A DNA stretch of 64,000 nucleotides from Desulfosudaceae bacterium (GTDB lineage Bacteria; Desulfobacterota; Desulfobacteria; Desulfobacterales; Desulfosudaceae): positions 2,016,001-2,080,000 of the forward strand of contig CAXXDV010000003.1 in NCBI GenBank assembly GCA_963674745.2, read 5' to 3'. The translations under genes were made by a program, and so were the position numbers. Numbering within the stretch: the stretch's first letter is position 1; each line of letters opens with the position of its first letter. The notes beneath the pieces are model-generated. The model was not told the DNA's origin and did not search any database. It saw nothing but the letters and a program-made list of their open reading frames with translations. Shown here in pieces: positions 58,973 through 64,000 of the stretch.

Positions 58973-60775
58973 GTGGTTTCTCTCAGCAATTTTAAAAAAA
59001 GCATTGCCTGTAAATTGATCCTCGCAGCAGGGCTGACGGTCCTGATAACAGTTTTTATCGGCGCGCTCCTCTTCATCCAATATGAAGAAACAAAGACGCT
59101 GATTTCTTTTGCCGTATTCATTTTTTTGATCTGTTCTTCAATTATTGCGATTTTCGTCATGCGTTTTGTGAACCGCCCGATTAAACAATTAATCTGGGAA
59201 ACCCGCCGGATTAATCAGAAGGCCCATGGCCGGATAGAAGGCTTCCGGGGCGGAGAGATCAAGCAGCTTGCAGAAGCGATCAATGAGATGGCTGAACAAA
59301 TGGATCTCAAGCAGAAAATATTGAATGAACAGCGCCAGGAATATCAGAATCTGTTTGAGGCAGTGCCCTGTCTGATTACAGTTCAGAACCGAAATTTTGA
59401 ACTTCTGCAGTACAACCGAAAATTCAAGGAACGCTTCCATCCAGATAAAGGGGCGCTTTGCTACCAGGCATATAAGAACCGCTCCAGTCCATGCCAGAAT
59501 TGTCCTATGGTTGAAACGTTCAAAGACGGTAAATCCCACCATGGTGAACAAAGCAGCATGACCCGGTCCGGGAAAACTTCCTACTGGACGTTGCGAACAG
59601 CCCCGATCAAGGACGCCGACGGCAACGTCACCGCTGTGATGGAAATATCCGTCGATATCACAAAAATGCGTCTGCTGGAAAATGAAGTCCGGAGATCTGA
59701 AGAAAAATACAGGGCCATTTTTGATAATACACCTAATCCACTGTTTGTTTTGGAAAGAGAAACACTGAAAATTCTGGACTGCAATGCAAGTGCGCATCAG
59801 ATATACGCGTATACGAAAAAAGAGATGCTTTCCCTGCAATTCGGAGATTTTTTTGACCCTGAATTTGAGCCGGAAGCCACGGCAGCTATCCGGGCATGTA
59901 GAACGCTCACAAGGGTCCGTCATCTTGGTAAAAACGGAAAAATTATTTTTGTCGACATCAGTGTTGCACCATCACAATACCAGGCATCCCGGGTGCTCCT
60001 GGCCAATGCCACCGATGTGACGGAACGGCTAACGGCAGAACAGCAGCTGATTCAGACCAGCAAAATGGCAACCCTCGGAGAGATGGCAACGGGTATTGCC
60101 CATGAATTGAACCAGCCCCTCACCGTGATCAAGACCGCGGCCGGCTTCATTCTGCGCAAAGCCCAGAAAAAGGAACCTATTGACGACGAAATCATGTCCA
60201 CCATGGCTGAAAAGATTGACGGACAGGTGAACCGGGCATCTAAAATCATCAATCACATGCGAGAATTCGGTCGAAAATCTGATGTGGTCAAAAAAACAGC
60301 CGATGTCAACCGGGCTCTGAACAATGCGTTTGATATTTTCCGTCAGCAGCTGAAACTGCACCAGATCGATGTGATCCGGCGCCTGACGCCTGATCTGCCT
60401 TTGGTTTTGGCTGATGAAAACCGTCTGGAACAGGTTTTTATCAATATCCTGATCAATGCCAGAGATGCCATTGATTCAAAATCTGTATTGGAAGAGGAGC
60501 AAGCCGATTCCATGGAATTAAAGCAGATCTACCTGACCACAAAAAGATCAGGCGGCGGGGTGGTTGTTGAAATAGAAGATACAGGCACCGGCATTCCAGA
60601 AGCGATTACAAACAAAATCTTTGACCCTTTTTTCACGACAAAACAGGCCGGTAAGGGAACCGGTCTCGGCTTGTCCATCTCTTATGGTATCATCAAGGAT
60701 TATGATGGACATATAAGCGTTCAAAAGGGAAAGTTCAACGGCGCATTATTCATCATCAAGCTTCCCTGCGCATGA
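58973..60775 (+). CDS. Membrane histidine kinase (2TM-HAMP-PAS-PAS-HisKA-HATPase)
   Basis: Two adjacent TM segments with almost no periplasmic loop; HAMP; HELNQPL; NARDA, DTGTG, DPFFTTK, GTGLGL. Confidence 0.92.
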   Translation: MVSLSNFKKSIACKLILAAGLTVLITVFIGALLFIQYEETKTLISFAVFIFLICSSIIAIFVMRFVNRPIKQLIWETRRINQKAHGRIEGFRGGEIKQLAEAINEMAEQMDLKQKILNEQRQEYQNLFEAVPCLITVQNRNFELLQYNRKFKERFHPDKGALCYQAYKNRSSPCQNCPMVETFKDGKSHHGEQSSMTRSGKTSYWTLRTAPIKDADGNVTAVMEISVDITKMRLLENEVRRSEEKYRAIFDNTPNPLFVLERETLKILDCNASAHQIYAYTKKEMLSLQFGDFFDPEFEPEATAAIRACRTLTRVRHLGKNGKIIFVDISVAPSQYQASRVLLANATDVTERLTAEQQLIQTSKMATLGEMATGIAHELNQPLTVIKTAAGFILRKAQKKEPIDDEIMSTMAEKIDGQVNRASKIINHMREFGRKSDVVKKTADVNRALNNAFDIFRQQLKLHQIDVIRRLTPDLPLVLADENRLEQVFINILINARDAIDSKSVLEEEQADSMELKQIYLTTKRSGGGVVVEIEDTGTGIPEAITNKIFDPFFTTKQAGKGTGLGLSISYGIIKDYDGHISVQKGKFNGALFIIKLPCA

Positions 60776-61181
60776 GCGCGCTCACGCCAGAATATCGATC
60801 GGCATTTGAAGTACTTCACTATCAACATCCAATATTCAGCCCCGATGTATCACTTTCTTAAATTTGCATTGACATAAAATGATCCGGCTTCCTATAATCA
60901 CATTTTTAAAAATCGACTTATTTTCAACCACATCATGCGAAACAACAACTCGATTTTCACTGAGCATGTAAAAAAATCGAAAGCCGTGGTATTAAACAGT
61001 AAGTTTAATGAAATATAAAAAGACACACAACAAGAGGGCAAAGTCATTCTGAACAGCCACGCTCTTTGCTTGCACAAATAGAGACACTGATCAGTTTAAT
61101 TGATCCTAAAACGTTGTGGGCCGATAGACAAAAAATAGATTTAATGGCGTCAGCAGAATTGTAAATAGCGAGTATTTTCTT

Positions 61182-63842
61182 ATGGGCCTTAATGTCTTAC
61201 TTTTTTTATCTGTTTTTTTTATGATATGTTTCCTTGTGTTTGCCGTATCTTTTAGAATCATTAATTCTAAAAATAAGATTTATTACGCCACCATAATTTC
61301 TGCCTTTAGTTTGTATACCATCATGTATTTAGTTTCAGACAATTTTACAGGAAAAGGTATCGATGAGTCTGTTATATACCATCTCATTTCTGGCTTGAAA
61401 GGTACCGGATTTGCGGAATACCTTAAACTAATATCCTACACATCTGCTGCCATTATACTTTCCTTATTTCTTCCTTTTGTGTTTATTGACAAAGTGATCA
61501 GACATTCTAGTACGTTGCAAAAAACAGCCTTTAAAAAAAAAGCATCCGTTGTTTTGTTAGTCATGATGAGTTTTGTTTTCAGCCCAACGTCCAAAGGGCT
61601 TTATGAAATTAATTCTCACAAAATCAGATTTCAAAAACAATCAGGATTACCTTTTAATCAATTCTATAAAAAACCCAGAATTAAAAAGGCACCTTCTTCA
61701 CCCCCGAATCTTGTGTATATTTATACAGAGGGCTTAGAAAGAACATATTTTGACAATTCTGTATTCCCTGATCTTATGACGGGGCTGAGTGAAATTGAAA
61801 AGGGAGGAATTGTTTTTGATGATATACAGCAGGTTTACGCTACTGGATGGACTATTGCGGGAATTGTATCATCCCAGTGCGGCATCCCCTTAATATGCCC
61901 TTCAACGGGGAACTCAATGGGGAATATGAATCAATTTATGCCAAATGCAGTCAGCATGAGTGACTTGCTATCACAATATGGCTATCATCTTGAATTTCTC
62001 CAGGGAACATCCGGATCATTTGCAGGTAACGGAAATTTTCTCAGAACGCATTCTTTCGACAAAGTTTATGACAAAGATGAATTATTAGGCCGTATAAACA
62101 ACCCGCCCCAAAACAGTTGGGGGCTTTATGATTCATCGGTTTTTAACTTTGCAATGAAACGATATCAATATCTTTCGTCTCAGTCAAAACCATTTGGCCT
62201 GTTTATCAGCACTATGGACACTCACCACCCAAAGGGGCACCTGCCTAAAACATGCGACAAAATTTATGGTAATGGTAAAAACCCTATTCTTAATGCTGTA
62301 AAATGTTCAGACCAACTCATCAGTTTTTTTGTTCAAGAAATATTATCCTCATATAATTCAGATAACACTGTAATTGTAATAGCTTCTGACCACCTGGCAA
62401 TGAAGAATACTGCAACAGACTTGCTTGATTCTATCAAACGCTCAAACTTATTGATGGTTATTTCTCCAACACACAAGCCTAAAACAATTTACAAAAAAGG
62501 AACAACAATGGACATTGCGCCTACTGTTCTTTATGTAATGGGATTCAATGCAGACGTCGGGCTTGGAAGGAACTTAATGGTTGAAGATTCCCTTTTACAA
62601 GAAATACCAGATTTTAACAGTCAGCTCAAATTGTGGCAGGATGATATAATTCGTTTTTGGGGTTTTCCTGTAATAAATAATAATGATTTTCTTAAAATAA
62701 ATATTCTTAGAAAAACAATAAGCTTCAAAGAAAAGGAAATTCAATTTCCGATCTTAATGGAATTCGACAAGGGTCACAACACAACCATTAAATTCCCACA
62801 TCTTAGAGGCAGTTTATATCCAGAAATTGAAGGGTACGATGGTTTCCAATCTCTTGAACACTTTCCTCAATATTTTTTACTGATTGATAAATGTCAGCAC
62901 CCAAAAGCTCAATTTTGCATGACGTATGGCTTGAAAAATTCTAATAAAAATATATCCATGCCATTAACAGAGGACATCGAATTTACTGCTGATTATATCT
63001 TCACATTAACAAGACTCAAGTTTAAGCAAAATTCAACTAATGCTGACATCATAAAAAAACGAATTACTCCGGACCGAATTATCGCTCATGCAGGAGGGGC
63101 AATTGATGGTCATGTTTACACAAATTGCCTAGAAGCGTTAGATCTGAATTACAGTAAGGGGTTTAGAAAATTTGAACTTGATATTTTAAAAACTTCAGAT
63201 GGCCATTTAGTTGCAGCTCATGATTGGAAACTTTGGAAAGAAATTACAAATTATCAGGGGGCATTGCCTCCTGACCGCTGCGACTTTCTATCTTCAAAAA
63301 TATTAGGTCAATATACACCATTAGATATAAAAAGGATTAATCTATGGTTTCAAAACCACCCTGATGCTTCCCTGGTAACAGATAAAATTAATGCCCCCAT
63401 GTATTTTGCCAGTAGATTTATAGACAAATCCCGTTTAACAATGGAGTTGTTTTCCACAGAAGCATTATGTCAAGCTAAAAAAAGCGGTGTTTCCAGCATG
63501 GCGAACTGGAGTGTTTTAGGTAAATTGTCTGATGAAAGAATACATTATCTTAAAAGTGTAGGGGTTTCCGATGTGGCTGTTTCAAGACGTATGATCAAGA
63601 CACATGCCGAACAGATGCAAAAGCTCCGAGACAACGGGATCAGGGTTTTTGTGTATCACGTCAACGCAGATCCTGGCAGGAATGAACAGTTTGTAATATG
63701 TAACGATATGGATATTGTATATGGCATGTATGCTGACGAATTGAATTTTAACGATATGGTTTATTGTGAAAAAGCTAAATACCAGGATGATGCTGTAATG
63801 GGGCTGCGGGCCAGATATCTCTACCCGCCGAACTGCCGATGA
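61182..63842 (+). CDS. Phosphoglycerol-transferase (OpgB/LTA-synthase-like) protein fused to a GDPD-like domain
   Basis: N-terminal TM segments; NLVYIYTEGLE, WTIAGIVSSQCGIPL, TMDTHHP, SDH; C-terminal IIAHAGG...TN.LEA...FELDILKTSDGHLVAAHD. Confidence 0.8.
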   Translation: MGLNVLLFLSVFFMICFLVFAVSFRIINSKNKIYYATIISAFSLYTIMYLVSDNFTGKGIDESVIYHLISGLKGTGFAEYLKLISYTSAAIILSLFLPFVFIDKVIRHSSTLQKTAFKKKASVVLLVMMSFVFSPTSKGLYEINSHKIRFQKQSGLPFNQFYKKPRIKKAPSSPPNLVYIYTEGLERTYFDNSVFPDLMTGLSEIEKGGIVFDDIQQVYATGWTIAGIVSSQCGIPLICPSTGNSMGNMNQFMPNAVSMSDLLSQYGYHLEFLQGTSGSFAGNGNFLRTHSFDKVYDKDELLGRINNPPQNSWGLYDSSVFNFAMKRYQYLSSQSKPFGLFISTMDTHHPKGHLPKTCDKIYGNGKNPILNAVKCSDQLISFFVQEILSSYNSDNTVIVIASDHLAMKNTATDLLDSIKRSNLLMVISPTHKPKTIYKKGTTMDIAPTVLYVMGFNADVGLGRNLMVEDSLLQEIPDFNSQLKLWQDDIIRFWGFPVINNNDFLKINILRKTISFKEKEIQFPILMEFDKGHNTTIKFPHLRGSLYPEIEGYDGFQSLEHFPQYFLLIDKCQHPKAQFCMTYGLKNSNKNISMPLTEDIEFTADYIFTLTRLKFKQNSTNADIIKKRITPDRIIAHAGGAIDGHVYTNCLEALDLNYSKGFRKFELDILKTSDGHLVAAHDWKLWKEITNYQGALPPDRCDFLSSKILGQYTPLDIKRINLWFQNHPDASLVTDKINAPMYFASRFIDKSRLTMELFSTEALCQAKKSGVSSMANWSVLGKLSDERIHYLKSVGVSDVAVSRRMIKTHAEQMQKLRDNGIRVFVYHVNADPGRNEQFVICNDMDIVYGMYADELNFNDMVYCEKAKYQDDAVMGLRARYLYPPNCR

Positions 63843-64000
63843 GGCCTCATTTTCACCACGTGAAGGAATTCTTCGAGAATAATCAATATTCAAATTAAGC
63901 CCGGTAAAGATTCACCTGTGTTCTATCCCGGCTGGATAGCCCCATCCGCGTTGGGTCGGGTGCTGCGGGAAAAAATGTCCCGAATTGTTTCCGCGTCCTT

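Noticed and set aside
31548..64000. A further tRNA-Phe att copy closing a fifth cassette
   Set aside because: None found by eye downstream of 31547, so no boundary can be supported; a computed search should confirm this

Overview
The gene content suggests an anaerobic Desulfobacterota-like (sulfate-reducer-like) chromosome; this is inferred, not demonstrated. The window opens with tRNA-Phe(GAA), whose 3' end recurs four times (16312, 24162, 29846, 31503). These copies divide 1-31.5 kb into four tandem cargo cassettes, and I recognised no integrase in any of them. Cassette 1 is a sigma54-controlled GT4/GH130/ClsB/SPFH/radical-SAM operon. Cassette 2 is a complete pstSCAB-phoU-phoB-phoR set. Cassette 3 holds an aldehyde dehydrogenase, a selenocysteine formate dehydrogenase and a short ModE-like regulator, with ModE-type boxes at both promoters. 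Cassette 4 is a nucleotidyltransferase/partner pair. Next comes a minus-strand flavoprotein cluster: VAO/PCMH-type FAD enzymes (one doubly frameshifted), a CCG Fe-S protein, ETF, and a Tat-exported SdhA/AprA-like flavoprotein with a ferredoxin. Two convergent sigma54 activators follow, then a sigma54-driven heterodisulfide-reductase operon. In that operon an HdrA subunit carries an internal response-regulator receiver domain with all phosphorylation-site residues. A USP-REC-USP protein carries a near-twin receiver, and two histidine kinases have no DNA-binding partner. The window ends with an AT-rich OpgB-like/GDPD fusion. The best candidates for undescribed systems are the possibly phosphorylation-gated Hdr complex and the integrase-free tRNA-Phe cassette array.
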